A stretch of DNA of 64,000 bases, taken from Octopus sinensis. Lineage: Eukaryota. Below the pieces are notes generated by a model that did not search any database, had not been told where the DNA came from, and saw only the letters and a list, made by a program, of their open reading frames with translations. Below are positions 49,918 to 62,841 of this stretch, piece after piece (within the stretch, counting starts at the first letter, position 1; each line of letters opens with the position of its first letter). Both the position numbers and the translations under genes were made by a program. Location: the NCBI RefSeq assembly GCF_006345805.1, contig NC_042999.1:67146001-67210000 (forward strand). Direction: 5' to 3'.

Positions 49918-51886
49918 GTAAATATCACTTTATTTCTATTCTATTTCTAATCTTTTATTTCTATTCTTTATTTCTATTTCTATTATTATTATTATTTCTA
50001 TTCCTCTCTTTTGTTTCCTTTCCAGTTTCCTCTGTGTCTCTCTTACAGCTCCTCCCTTTTCATTTTTTATATTTCTCTCTCTCTCTTATTATAAGCCAGT
50101 GCAGATAACTTATCATTCGTTATTGCAATCATTATTATTTAATCCTTCAGCATTCTTTTTCTCATACTGGCATGACGAAACTTTGTGGGTGAGAGGTAGC
50201 TGCTACTGCTGTTGCTGTTGAGCGTAGCGGTCTGCGTCCAGTGGGAGAAGTCCGACACGTGGTCCTTTGCTATTTGTAAGACCCGCAGAAGAGAAAGCAG
50301 GTCAACCCCCGACACCGAGAGCATCGACGGATGGATGAATGCGCATCCAGGCTCAGCGGTTGCGTAGGAAGTCGGGGACGGAGCGAAAGAGTACAACAGG
50401 GGTCACCACCACCCCCTGCTTGAGCCTCATGGAGCTTTAGGTGTTTTCACTCAAACACCCGGTCTGAGAATCGAAACCGCGATCCTCCGACTGCGAGTCT
50501 GCTGCCCTAACCATTGGGCCATTGCGCCTCCACTGCTGCTGCTGTCTCAGCAGTGTCAGAAGGATGGTGAGGTGTCTTCTGTGAAAGCAGTGGCTGTCTT
50601 GTTTGTCTCTCTCCCTGCTGTTTCCAGTTCCCCACCCCGAGTAGGTGGCTGTCATAATGTGTAACTCTCTGCAACGAAGATAATGGCGACAGATGACGTT
50701 TTCATGTCATGATACCCCAAAAAAATATTAAATATCATCATCATCATCATTTAACGTCAGCTTTCCATGCTAGCATGGGTTGGATGATTTGACTGAGGGC
50801 TGGCGAACCAGATGGCTGCGCCAGGCTCCAATCTGATCTGGCAGAGTTTATACAGCTGGCTGCCCTTCCTAATGCCAACCACTCCGAGAGTGTAGTGGGT
50901 GCTTTTAAAGTGCCACCGGCACGAGGGCCAGTCTGGTGGTACTGGCAATGGCCAGGCTCGAAAATGGTGTTTTTTACGTGACACCTGCACAGGAGTCAGT
51001 CTAGCAACACTGGCAACAGCCTCACTCGAATGTTTTGTTCACGTGCCAGTGAGGCAACACTGACAATGATCACGCTCAAATGGTGCTCTTCATGTGCCAG
51101 ACAGCTGCTCTGGCAGTGATCCTGCTTGGATGGAGCTGTTAGCGCTCCGCTGGCATGGGTGCCAGTCATCGAATTTGGTTCAATTTCGATTTCAAATTAG
51201 ATGACTGGCATCCAAATATATTCTTATAAAACCACTTCTCATATGATCCCCTCATTTGAGGGGCCTCACTGTAGAAGTATGAGACTTAGTGGTTAGGGTG
51301 TTGGTTGTAGGTGCACCCGGCCCAAATACCTGTGAGAGGAATGCAAGTTTGCAACATAATGAAATGCTCTAAAGTCACCCAAGTACCAAGTGGTCATCTT
51401 GTTAAGCCACAGGCTAATTCTAACAATGACTATGCCGTCATCATCATCATCATCCTTAAACACCCATTGTCATGGGTTGGACAGATTGACAGGATCTGGT
51501 GAGCTGCAAGGCTGCATTGTGCTCCATGTTAGCTTTGACATAGCTTTTGGATGTCTTTCCTAACACCAACAACTTTATAGTGTGTACTGGATGCTTTTTT
51601 TCATGCCACCTGTATTAATGCTGTTGCCAGGTAATTTGCCAAATAAGAAAGAACAAGAAAAGGAAAGAGAAGGAAGAAGTCCCCCCAGTGGGCTAAGTGA
51701 CAGGAATATTTAATAGGGTGGAGAGATGGCTTTGTTCCATGACAAGCAGAGGTGTCTTGCTCTTGAGAATATACATTGCTACCCTGCATTATCAAGGGCT
51801 GTTTCTTTTAATATACTTTTCAGACAGTGCATCTATGTTTTGTTATGAAATTACCTAATTATCTCTCTTCTTTGTCTCGTTTACAG

Positions 51887-52004
51887 ACTTCTGTATCAGT
51901 GGGAAGACACCAGACAATTGGCAATTGATAATTTCCAAGAACACAAAGAGGAGATGCACAATTTAGCTGTCACAAAGATTTCTAAAATGTTGAAACTTAC
52001 ATAA
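51887..52004 (+). CDS. LTA4H: LTA4H terminal coding exon with TAA stop
   Basis: tacag acceptor; LLYQWEDTRQLAIDNFQEHKEEMHNLAVTKISKMLKLT* vs human DLAAFDKSHDQAVRTYQEHKASMHPVTAMLVGKDLKVD. Confidence 0.94.
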
Positions 52005-52470
52005 TTATTATAAAATCCTGTTTTTTTTCCCCTTTTGATTTTTTTTTCCAAGTCAAATTTTTTGTTTTACTTAATCAGATTCCTGTTTTAAAAAGTTAAT
52101 TCTGGAATAGAAAAATCCCTCAAGGTTTAATGGAAAAACTAAAAGAAAATTTTTATAACTTTAATTATAATTTCAATGATACTATTTTTGCGTAAAGACC
52201 TCGGAATTTGTTTTAACACTCATGGCATTTTTAAAGAATCCCAATAATTAGCAATAACAAAGAAGCAGCCACCATTTGTTTTGATCCTGACCTCACAAAG
52301 TATAAGAGACGCTCCAGTATGTTGAGAACTATAGAGAATTTTCCTTAAATTGATATATAATCCAATAACATTACAAGCTGCTTGCTTCTGCAGAGATCCT
52401 ATGGATAGCAGAGGTCTTAATGATTGGTAAACTGCATGATTTCACAATGTCTAAAACATAATGCCTATAT

Positions 52471-52476
52471 AATAAA
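52471..52476 (+). promoter_or_regulatory. candidate polyadenylation signal of LTA4H
   Basis: AATAAA about 470 nt after the stop codon; other AATAAA occur further downstream (e.g. ~54054). Confidence 0.35.
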
Positions 52477-52671
52477 TGGCTAGTATATTTTTATATGAGG
52501 CAAGCACTGTGGTACAGTGGTAATGTTACAAGTCTGCAACTCCATTGTGCTTTTTCTACCTTTTTTTTTTTTGATGTGGTATGCATATGGCAACACAATT
52601 TCTTTTTATTCCTCTCCACTCTCTTTTTTAGGCTTTGTATCTATATAATATATTGCTATATTTCATACATA

Positions 52672-52838
52672 AAGGTGCAGGAGTGGCTGTGTGGTAAGTA
52701 GCTTGCTTACCAACCACATGGTCCTGGGTTCAGTCCCACTGCATGGCACCTTGGGCAAGCGTCTTCTACTATAGCCTCGGGCCGACCAAAGCCTTGTAAG
52801 TGGATTTGGTAGACGGAAACTGAAAGAAGTGCGTTGTA

Positions 52839-52869
<31 letters not shown>

Positions 52870-53045
52870 GTTTGTGTTTGTCCCCACAACATCGCATGAC
52901 AACCGATGCTGGTGTGTTTGCATCCCCGTAACTTAGCGGTTCGGCAAAAGAGACCGATAGAATAAGACCTGGGGTCGACTTGTTCGACTAAAGGCGGTGC
53001 TCCAGCATGGCTGCAGTCAAATGACTGAAACAATTAAAAGAATAA
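52672..53045 (+). mobile_element. tRNA-derived SINE family A, representative full-length copy
   Basis: head GGAGTGGCTGTGTGGTAAG...GGTTCAGTCCC, central (TA/TG)n, tail ...GACTGAAACAA-A-rich; other copies near 2890, 3650, 5580, 17015, 20570, 26310-26975, 35160-36760, 39150, 40093, 49180-49700, 55590, 56080, 61880. Confidence 0.85.
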
Positions 53046-56000
53046 AAAAGTATAAAAGGAAAACTAATGGTGAATTGGGGAAAAATAAGGTTGTTGATCT
53101 TACTTTATGTATATCTTGTGCGTACAATTAGACGTACCACTGCAACTGATGAACTTGGAGCTCGATGTACAGTATCATCATCTAGTCTACAATCAGTGTG
53201 GTGGTGTGGTTACTACCGCACTTAACAGTGTTACCAATTATGATATACAGAGCAAATATGTGTCATAATTTATCTTACACTTGCTGTTTGTCCTCACATA
53301 CACATATATGTAAATATATGTTATTGTAAATTGGTGACCACCACTTCTACCGATGCCATAACAACCTAATTTTATGTACCAATATTTATGTTTCTCTCTA
53401 CACACATACACATATAATGGGGGTTATGTATCTCTTAACAATTTCCTCTATTGGTGGTAACATTCAGGAGTTATTCTCTCCTTAGCTTAAAACTTTTTTC
53501 CCTGCAATTTTTTGCCTCAGCTGTAATTAAAGATTAAATTTTCATAACCTAAAATGTTATTTCCATATCGGATACGAAAATGGAATATTTTTTCTATAAC
53601 TTTTTTTACAGTTTTTTCTTTTTTTTTACAAAGAAATTTACACTTGGCTATATCCTTTTTTTTATGTTTAATTACATAGTAAGTGTTTTAACAACATGCA
53701 AAGTGTTTTGGTATGCTATCTAAGCTTTAAGACATGTATTTAAAATATAATGATATATCTTCTTTGTACTCATACTGGAATTGGAGATGACAAAATTTTA
53801 TATAAATCAGATGTACTGGGAGTGTTGTTATGACTAAATTATTGTCTTTTAAATGGAGAAGAGCACATTTTAAGAAATTCAAACTATTTTTATATGCATA
53901 TATATATATATTTACATTGTTTTTCTCTTACAATACATTCCAGTATATTCTATTAAGTATTCTGCCGAAAATGCCTTTCACACTCTTGCTTAAACTTTGT
54001 GTGTGATATATGTATATAGCATGCACTTTTGAAGGCTTCCAAACAGAAATTTTAATAAAAAAAACACACATATCTTACTCACAGGTTAATATATTTTGTT
54101 TTACATCCATTTTTAAGGTGGAAAATTGTAAGTGTCATTAGAGTGTTGGGTAGAATGAATACCATGTTGTATTTGTTCTGAGTTCAAATCCTGCCATGGT
54201 CAACTTTGCCTTTCCTCCTTTCAGTGGGGGGTTGATAAACGTGTACCAATGCAGGGCAGTGACTTGATGGAATTGTCAGAGCATCAGACAGGATCAATTG
54301 CAGTGTTTCAGCTCTGTGCATTTCAAGTTCAAATCCTGCCCCTGTCATCTAAAAACAGTGGCACTTCTGTCAGGTGTTGTGACCGACAGATAATTTGAAA
54401 AATAATCAATGGAAATGTAATTTCCTTGGTTTAATTAGAACAGCAATAGCCACCTCCACCACATCCATTCTCCTTTGCTAGCATGGGGAGGATGGTTTTG
54501 TACATTTGAACATTTTTGTATTATTTGAGAAGATGGTTTTTATAGTTGTTATATGTTCTCACAATGTTGGAACATCTTGATTGGTCAGGCAACATAATTA
54601 TGTCTTCATTTAATATCATCAACTGCATTGGCTATAACGAAGTCAGAGCTCTCAGCCGTGTAGTCAGTAGCTTAGCATTATATAACCACCTCCACTGCTA
54701 CCAACACATATACTACTAATTACTATATTTTAATAAATTCACTTACAAATGCAACATCCGCAGATATAAGATAGTAGCCATCACAGTTAACAAAACAAAA
54801 GTACATAAACAGCTCTGATTCTGTATGTTATTTTTCTAAGTCCTTCTCGATAATAAACTGAACTTCTCACTGTATTCTGACGAAGAATCCACTTATATGT
54901 TGTTTTAATTATATAGAGTAATAAAACAATAGTTAATTGTTGCTTTTATCTTCCTCATTACCAACGTCATATCAGGGGTTTTTTACCATATGTCACACAT
55001 CTTATCGAGATATATGTATTATTTTAATAAGTCTGACAAGAATATGTTATCAATAAATTCATGTCTGAAACTGAAAATTAAAAGGCATAATTTTGATATC
55101 AACATTTTTTAAAAAAAAGTATAAATTCTAAGCCCCAATTTCTAATTAATCTTGTTTGTGTATTTAATTAAAATAAGAGTTCAAAGATTTAAAACTGAAA
55201 ATTTAATGCTGGTCTAGAATCTTTTTTAAAATAATATCAGAATATCCCTAAAGGTGGTGCTCCAGCATGGCCGCAGTCAAATGACTGAAACAAGTAAAAG
55301 AGAATGTAAGTTTAAAAAAAAAAAAATTCTTATCAAAAATATTCTTAGCATGTCTTTTTAATGGTTGAACGATTTCCTTCAAATCTTGATTTGTTTTTCT
55401 TATTTCCTGTTTAATTCCAAACTTTGCAGATTTCCAAATTTTGGTTATTGTAGTTAATGTTATGAGAAATAAATTTGTTTTGCTTGTTATTTTATAGACA
55501 TTTTTATTTATTCATTTCTTTTCTTAATTTTTTTTTTTTTTGATTTTACTAAGTTTCGGTTTTATATCATTTGGCCTAATGTGTTTGTATAGCTATGCGG
55601 TTAAGAAGTTTGCTCCCTAACCACATGGTTTCAGGTTCAGTCCCACTGTATGACACCTTGGGCAAGTTTAGTCTACTGTAGCCATGGGCCAACTGAAGGC
55701 TTTGTGAGTGGATTTGTTTGTTATCATCATTGTTGTTTAACATTCGCTTTCCATGCTGGCATGGATTGGACAGTTTGACTGAGGATTGGCAAGCCAGGCT
55801 CCAATCTGATTTGACAGAGTTTCTACAGCTGGATGCCCTTCCTAATGCCAGCCACTCTGAGAATGTAGTGGGTGCTCATTATGTGGCACAAGAGACAGTC
55901 AGGTGGCACTGGCATCGACCACGCTTGAATGGTGCTTTTTACATGCCACTGGCACAGTTGGTTACTGGGGTTGATGAAATCAACTTCCTCCCTCCACCAA

Positions 56001-56660
56001 ATTTGCTGGCCTTGTGCCAAAATTTGAAATCAATATTTGTGTCGCGATACCTTTGTTTTTTCAATTACCTTTGAAAATAATGGCTGTGTGGTAAGTAGCT
56101 TGCTTACCAACCACATGGTTCTGGGTTCATTCCCACTGCATGGCACCTTTAGCAAATGTCTTCTACTACAGCCTCGGGCTGACCAAAGCCTTGTGAGGGG
56201 ATTTAGTAGATGGAAACTAAAAGAAGCCCGTTGTATATTTATATATGTTTGTGTGTCTGTATATGTCCCCCACCAACATAGCTTGACAACCGATGGCGGT
56301 GTGTTTACATCCCCGTAACTTAGCGGTTCGGCAAAAGAGGCCGATAGAATAAGTACTAGGCTTCCAAAGAATAAGTCCTGAGGTTGATTTGCTCGACTAA
56401 AGGCAGTGCTCCAGCATGGCCGCAGTCAAATGACTGAAACAAGTAAAAGAGTAAAAAAAGTAGAGTAAGAATATTTAGCCATATGATTTGCACATTATTA
56501 ATCTTTTCAATACCAACCTGCCTGAGATCAGCCCTGGTTCTAGGATACAAACTTTCTGTTTTGAAGTGATCTAAATTTTTCATCCAAATTTCTTCTTAAT
56601 TAATGTTTGAAGCACCCGCTTCATAAATTCTTTGTTATTTTCAAAAATAATTGAAACTAA

Positions 56661-56880
56661 GACACATGGCGTAGTGGTTAAGAGCATGGGCTACTAACCC
56701 CAAGATTCCAATCCCAGGTTATGACCTCAACAACGATGATGTTGATGCCGCCGATATCTCAGAAATGTAAACCCAGGTTCAAAATTCCCCCAGGGCACCT
56801 GATGAAGGCTGGAGAGTACATCAGCCAAAACGTGTTAACAAACAAGATGAGGCCAAATATCCGTCAAATGCAAATAATGT
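56661..56880 (+). mobile_element. monomer of the same tRNA-headed HHR family
   Basis: TGGCGTAGTGGTTAAGAGC..GGGCTACTAACCC head; GCAC-CTGATGA-A-GGCTG..CAGCC-AAAACGTGTT; 3' part colinear with ~62630-62755. Confidence 0.75.
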
Positions 56881-57960
56881 ATTTTGTTTTGGGATTTGGT
56901 TTGCAAAATTCTTTATATGAGTTCGTGTGTTGAAGCATATTCTGTTGTGTCTGGGGAGAGTCATTCTCTTTTTGTGCCTTATAATTTAACAGACTCACCG
57001 GTAAAATTTTGAGAGCCAAGACTATTGAAAAGGTTGCAAGACGTAATGAAAATTTTAGGAAAATAAAAATAAGTGGAAATTTTATCGGTGACTTAAATTA
57101 TAAGGCACAAAAAGAAAATGACTCTCCCCAGACACAACAGCAAATAAAGTAAATCATCATCATCATCGTTTAGCATCCGCTTTCCATGCTAGCATGGGTT
57201 GGACAGTTCAACTGGGGTCTGGGAAGCCAGAAGGTTGCACCAGGCCCAGTCTGATCTGGCAATGTTTCTATGGCTGGATGCCGTAGAAACATTGCCAGAT
57301 TTACCATCCGAGCATGATCGTTGCCAGAGCGGCTAACTAGCTTCCATGCAGGTGGCATGTAGGAGGCACCATTCGAGTGGGATCGTTACCAGCATTGCCT
57401 TACTGGCACCTGTGCCGTTGGCATGTGTAAAAAGATTTGAGCAAGGTCGTTGCCAGTACCGCCTGACTGGCCCTCGTGCCGATGGCACATAAAAGCACCC
57501 ACTGCACACTCGGAGTGGTTGGCGTTAGGAAGGGCATCCAGCCATAGAAACTGCTAGATCAAGACTGGAGCATGGTGCAGCCATCTGGTTCGCCAGCCCT
57601 CAGTCGAACCATCAAACCCATGCTAGCATGGAAAACGACGATGATGATATTTGCATGTATGTTTCAAAATTGCACAAAAAAAAAAAGACAGGTGAGGAAA
57701 CGACAATCAAGGTGTATTAGTTTTGATGCACACAAAAAATGGGTCTTTGATATTTCGATCCTTGTGTGTGTATATTTGCTCACCGCTGCCACCACCACTT
57801 GACAACTGGTGTTAGTTTGTTTACCACCCCGTAACTTAGCAGTCTGGCAAAAGAATCAATGAAATAAGTACAGAGGTTGGTTGGTATGTTCAGTTAAAAC
57901 CTGCATGGTCATATTTCAATGACTGAAGCAAAAGATAAAAGATATCAGACCCATTACATC

Positions 57961-57966
57961 TTTATT
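57961..57966 (-). promoter_or_regulatory. candidate polyadenylation signal of RFC4
   Basis: AATAAA on the minus strand about 100 nt after the RFC4 stop. Confidence 0.45.
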
Positions 57967-58066
57967 AAGGCAGTTCTCATTCTCTCTCTCTCGTGAAGTT
58001 AAATGTATGAAAATATGTTTTTTTTTTCTTCTTTCTCTTTTTCATTTGCAAGAAGCAAAGAATGTC

Positions 58067-58165
58067 CTATTCCCTTTCATGGCATATTTGGTTCATAATA
58101 GCATTCAGTAGATCCAGAAGTTGCAGGTACTCATCTGCTCCATCCATCATACACTTGTCCACAAC
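58067..58165 (-). CDS. RFC4: Replication factor C subunit 4, last coding exon
   Basis: tttttatttcag acceptor; VVDKCMMDGADEYLQLLDLLNAIMNQICHERE* vs human RFC4 [27 protein letters not shown]. Confidence 0.92.
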   Translation of the reverse strand, partial: VVDKCMMDGADEYLQLLDLLNAIMNQICHERE

Positions 58166-58209
58166 CTGAAATAAAAACGAAACAAATGAGCTAATAATAA
58201 TAATAATCG

Positions 58210-58765
58210 TCGATGTCGTCGTTTAACATCCATTTCCATGCTAGCATAGGTTGGAAGGTTCAACCGGAGTCTTGGAAGCCAGCAGGCTCCAGTCTGATCT
58301 GGCAGTATTTCTACAGCTGGATGCCCTTCCTAACGCCAAACATTCTGTGAGTGTAGTGGGTGCCTTTTATGTGCCATCAGCACAGGTGCCAGAGGAGGCT
58401 GGCAACATCCACAATTGGTTGGTGCTCTTTACGTGCCACCAGCATGGATGCCAGTCAAGGCAGTGCTGGCATCGGTCACGTTCGGGTAGTGCTTTTTACA
58501 TGCTACCGTCACGGGTATCACAACTACAATCTCCATTTGACTTCTATTTTGATGTTGATGTACTTGACTCAATAGGTCTCCTGAAGCACTGCAGGTTACC
58601 CTACGATCCAAGGTAAGCACAGCAGGCCATCCTGCAAGCCATGAACTCACTTCATTTGTTAGGTCTTCGCAGTCACAGCATATCTCCAGAGGTCTTGGCC
58701 TTTCGTCATTGCATCTGTGAGGCCCAACGTTCGAAGGTCATGCTTGACCACCCCATCCCATGTCT
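58210..58765 (-). mobile_element. RTE-type LINE 3' end: ORF C-terminus plus 3' UTR (repeat family C)
   Basis: TWDGVVKHDLRTLGLTDAMTKGQDLWRYAVTAKT followed by the family C sequence and a GAT/GAC tail. Confidence 0.8.
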
Positions 58766-60859
58766 ATAAAATAGGAAAGGAGACAGACCTGGAAGAGGGA
58801 GTGTATGTCACTGACTTTGACAAATCTAACTGATTGATTGAGAGACCAAACAATTAATCAAACAATTGATTAATTAGTTGGTTGAATGTCTAACTAGTTG
58901 ACGAATAACAATTCTTGCTAATTTTGGTGTGAGGCCAGTCATTTTAGAGGTAAGTGAAAATTGATTACACTAACCCCAATATGAGACTGGTACTTTATTT
59001 TATTGATCTCAAAGGGCTGAAATGCAAAGTTGACTTCAGTGGAATCTGAACTCAGAACGTAAAAAGCCAGAAGAAATGGCACCACACATTTTGTCCAGCA
59101 TGCTAACAATTCTGCCAACCTAATAATGATGATGATGATAATGAATCCTTCCAACTAAAGGCACAAGGCCTGAAATTTCAGGGGAGAGGACTAGTCGATT
59201 ACATTGACCCCAGTGTTTCACTGGTACTTATTTAATCAACTCCGAAAGGATGAAAGGCAAAGCCAACCTCGGCAGAATTTGCAATCAGAACATTGCGACA
59301 GACGACATACTGCTAAGCATTTCGTCCGGTGTGCTAACAATTCTGCCAGCTTGCCACCTTAATATTAATAATAATAATCCTTTGTACTATAGGCACAAGG
59401 CCTGAAATTTGGAGGAGGGGGATAATCGATTACATCAACCCCAGTGTTTTACTGGTACTTAATTTATCGACCACGTAAGGATGAAAGGCAAAGTCAAACT
59501 CGGCAGAATTTAAACTCACAATGTTGTGACAGGCGAAATACTGCTAAGCAGTTCTGGCAGCTTGCCACCCTAATAATAATAATAATAATTATAATTACCA
59601 TTTTAAATTTTTGCCACAAGGGCAACTTGGGGGAAGGTGGGGATGAGTCGACTACATCGACCCCAGTGCATAACTGGTACTTATTCTATTGACCCTGAAA
59701 AGATGAACGGTAAAGTCGGCCTCGGCGGAATCTGAACTCAGAACATAGTGAATACCTATTTCTTTACTGCAAACAAGGACAGACAAACGGATGAAGTCGA
59801 TTATATCGACCCCAGTTCGTAGCTGGTATTTATTTAATCGACCCCCAAAAGGGTGAAGGGCAAAGTCGACCTCGGTGGAATTTGAACTCAGAATGTAGCG
59901 GCAGACGAAATACCGCTAAGCATTTTGCCCGGCATGCTAACAATTCTGCCAACTCGCCTTTGACATAAGGTATAACATGTACTTATTTGAATATTATAAT
60001 TAGCAATATTTCAACAACATTTAAGGCAGTTTGCTGGCAGAATTGTTAGCACACTGGGCAAAATGCCTTAAGCATTTTGCTGTTGAGTTCAAGTTTTACG
60101 AAGGTTGACCTTTCATCCTTTTGGGTGTCAATATTAGCTTACATCCTCCCCCAAACTTGCTGGCCTTGAGCCAAAATTTGAAACAACGCCAACCACTCTG
60201 TGAGTGTAGTGGGTGCTTTTTATGTGCCACTGGCACAGGGGCCAGAGGAAGCTGGCAACGGCCACGATCGGTTGGCATGTATAAAGCACCAACTGATTGT
60301 GGACGTTGCCAGCCTCCTCTGGCCCCTGTGCCGGTGGTATGTAAAAAGCACCCACTACACTCACGGAGTGGTTGGCATTAGGAAGGGCTTCCAGCTGTAG
60401 AAACATTGCCAGATCAGACTGGAGCCTGTTGTAACCTTCTGGCTTCCCAGACCCCGGTCGAACCGTCCAACCCATGCTAGCATGGAAAATGAACATTAAA
60501 CGATGATGATGATACTTGAACAACATTTATGGATGGGTTTCCCATAAGTTGTTGGTGCACATGAGATGATGATGACGACGACGATGATATCAATGATGTT
60601 ATTGTTGCTTTTAGCCCAAGGTGGCCTGATAGAGCAGGCTTCTGAACCAAAGCATTGCAACCACAACCATCTTCTCATGGTTTTTCAGGCATAGTTTGCT
60701 CCTAACTCTATTATCTAATGTGTTCCTTATGATGGTACAAGAGTGATTACAGAGTGAGATTTAACTGCTATTTCTAGCAGGCTGAACAACCCTGTAAAAG
60801 CTTCCGCATTGGATTAATCCATCTTTCATGCTAATTAACATTATACACCCAATTAGTCA

Positions 60860-61290
60860 TGGCTGCAGTGAGATTCTGGCAGCTTGCCAGAGAACAAGGG
60901 CTTCAGGGTTAGGGTTAAACTTCAGATGCACAGAATGTAGGAGTAGCAAAAGAGGTAAGCAAGAACTGCACAGTTAGGGTGCTGCTACGTGTAATGGATA
61001 GCTTCTGTTACTTGAATGATCTAATGAAAATATAATAGCTAACATAAATAAGGATGGAGAGGAGGAAGTTTAAGGATTTTCCCTTCTACTGTCAACGAAT
61101 CTCTCTCTCTCATTCTTCCTCTCTGTAAAAAAGCAGATTATGTGAAACATAATGAAGCATATGTAAAAAAAGTGTGATGTTACACTGTACTAAAACATAG
61201 ACACCAATATGCTAGAATGGGGAGAAATGCAATGAGTATGACTTACAACATGCATAGTGTTAACTAACAAGACAGACAAGAAAATCTATA
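60860..61290 (+). mobile_element. old LINE RT C-terminal remnant
   Basis: VMDSFCYLNDL and KSVMLHCTKT-like peptides, followed directly by a family C tail. Confidence 0.45.
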
Positions 61291-61856
61291 CAGACTGGCT
61301 CCTGTGCCGGTGGCATGTAAAAAGCACTATCTGAACGTGATCGATGCTAGGCCCACCTGACTGGCTCCTGTGTCGGTGGCACATAAAAAGCACCCAATAC
61401 ACTCTCGGTGTGGTTGATGTTAGGAAGGGCATCCAGCTGTAGAAACATTGCCAGATCAGATTGGAGCCTGATGTAGCCACTGTCTTTCTAGACCTCGGTG
61501 AAACCGTCCAACCCATGCCAGCATGGAAAACGAACGTAAAACGATGATGATGATGATGATGGCTTGTAAGAAATAGATAAACCTTCCTCAAATCACTTAA
61601 ATGGGTGTCTGTATATATGTGCTGGTGACACATAAAATGCACCCAGCACACTCTTAAGTGGTTGTCATTAGGAAGGGTATCTAGCCACAGAAACCATGCT
61701 ATAACAGACAACTGAAATCTGGACAGCTCCATGGCAAACTGACCAACCCGTATCAGCAAGGAAAACAGATGTTAAACGATGATGGTGATGATGTATATAT
61801 GTGAACCTTGTGTAATAAAGTGCTTCGGTCAGCATTATAAATCCCAACATCTAGAT

Positions 61857-62841
61857 TAGTGGTTCTCAACCATTATTTCGGTGCAGGCATGGATGTATGG
61901 CTAGGAAGATTGCTTTTCAACTATATGGTTCCGGGTTCAGTCCCACTGCATGGCACCTTGGGCAAGTGTCTTCTACTATAGCCTCAGGCTATCCGAAGCC
62001 TTGTGATTGAATTTGGGAGGTGGGGGTTCCTGTCGTATGTGTACATGTATATGAAAGTACGTGTACCTCCTAACAGATATGAGGGGCCCCTTTGTTTTCT
62101 CTTTTACTCAGTGAGGAGGGTTAGCGTTAGGGTCCGCATAGCCATTACATATCTAAAAATTCCTCTCGTATTTTTGTGGTTAAATATTATTAGAAATTGT
62201 ATAAAAAAGGTGTTTAAATATTTTGAGCACTGAAGAAATACAACCAGTTTATTGCACATAAATTTTAACAACAAAATCTTATATGTACATTATTTACATT
62301 CAATGGATATTTGTCCTCATCTTTGTTGTTAACATTTCGGCTGATATACCCTCCAGCCTTCTTCAGGTGTCTTGGGGAAATTTCAAACCTGGGTTCTCGT
62401 TCCTAAGGTATTTTTCGATGTTATCATCATCATTATTATTATTATTATTGTTAGTATTCAGGTCCCTGCTTGGAATCAAACTCAGAATCTTGGGGTTAGT
62501 AGCCTGCACTCTTAACCACTATGCCATATGCCTGTGGGCATTTGGCATAGTGGTTCGATTCCAAGCAGTGACCTGAACACTAACAAAAATAATAATAATA
62601 ATATTAATAATAACATCGAAAAGTATCTTAGGAATGAGAACCCAGGTTCGAAATTTCCCCAAGACACCTGAAGAAGGCTGGAGGGTATATCAGCCGAAAT
62701 GTTGTGTTAACAACAAACAAGATGAGGACAAATATCTGTCAAATATAAATAATGTAAATAATTTCTCATCTCTTAAATATAGAACTGTAAAATCTTATAT
62801 GGCCCATCAAGGGCCATGCGGACCTCAGTTGCGAACCACTG
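61857..62841. mobile_element. hAT (Charlie-like) non-autonomous element with nested insertions
   Basis: TIRs TAGTGGTTCTCAAC / GTTGCGAACCACTG; perfect 8-bp TSD ATCTAGAT at 61849-61856 and 62842-62849. Confidence 0.85.
62286..62788. mobile_element. head-to-head palindromic tRNA-headed element with HHR motifs and 13-bp TSD
   Basis: arms mirror around 62533-62536; A box TGGCATAGTGG, B box GTTCGATTCC; HHR-like motifs at 62663-62708 (+) and 62331-62371 (-); AAAATCTTATATG at both 62273-62285 and 62789-62801. Confidence 0.8.

Noticed and set aside
56661-56725. Possible tRNA gene (ACT anticodon-like loop)
   Set aside because: T arm and acceptor stem are incomplete, and it is fused to a repeated body; treated as a SINE head
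60905-60918. CAGGGTTAGGGTTA telomere-like motif
   Set aside because: Only about two units; not distinguishable from chance
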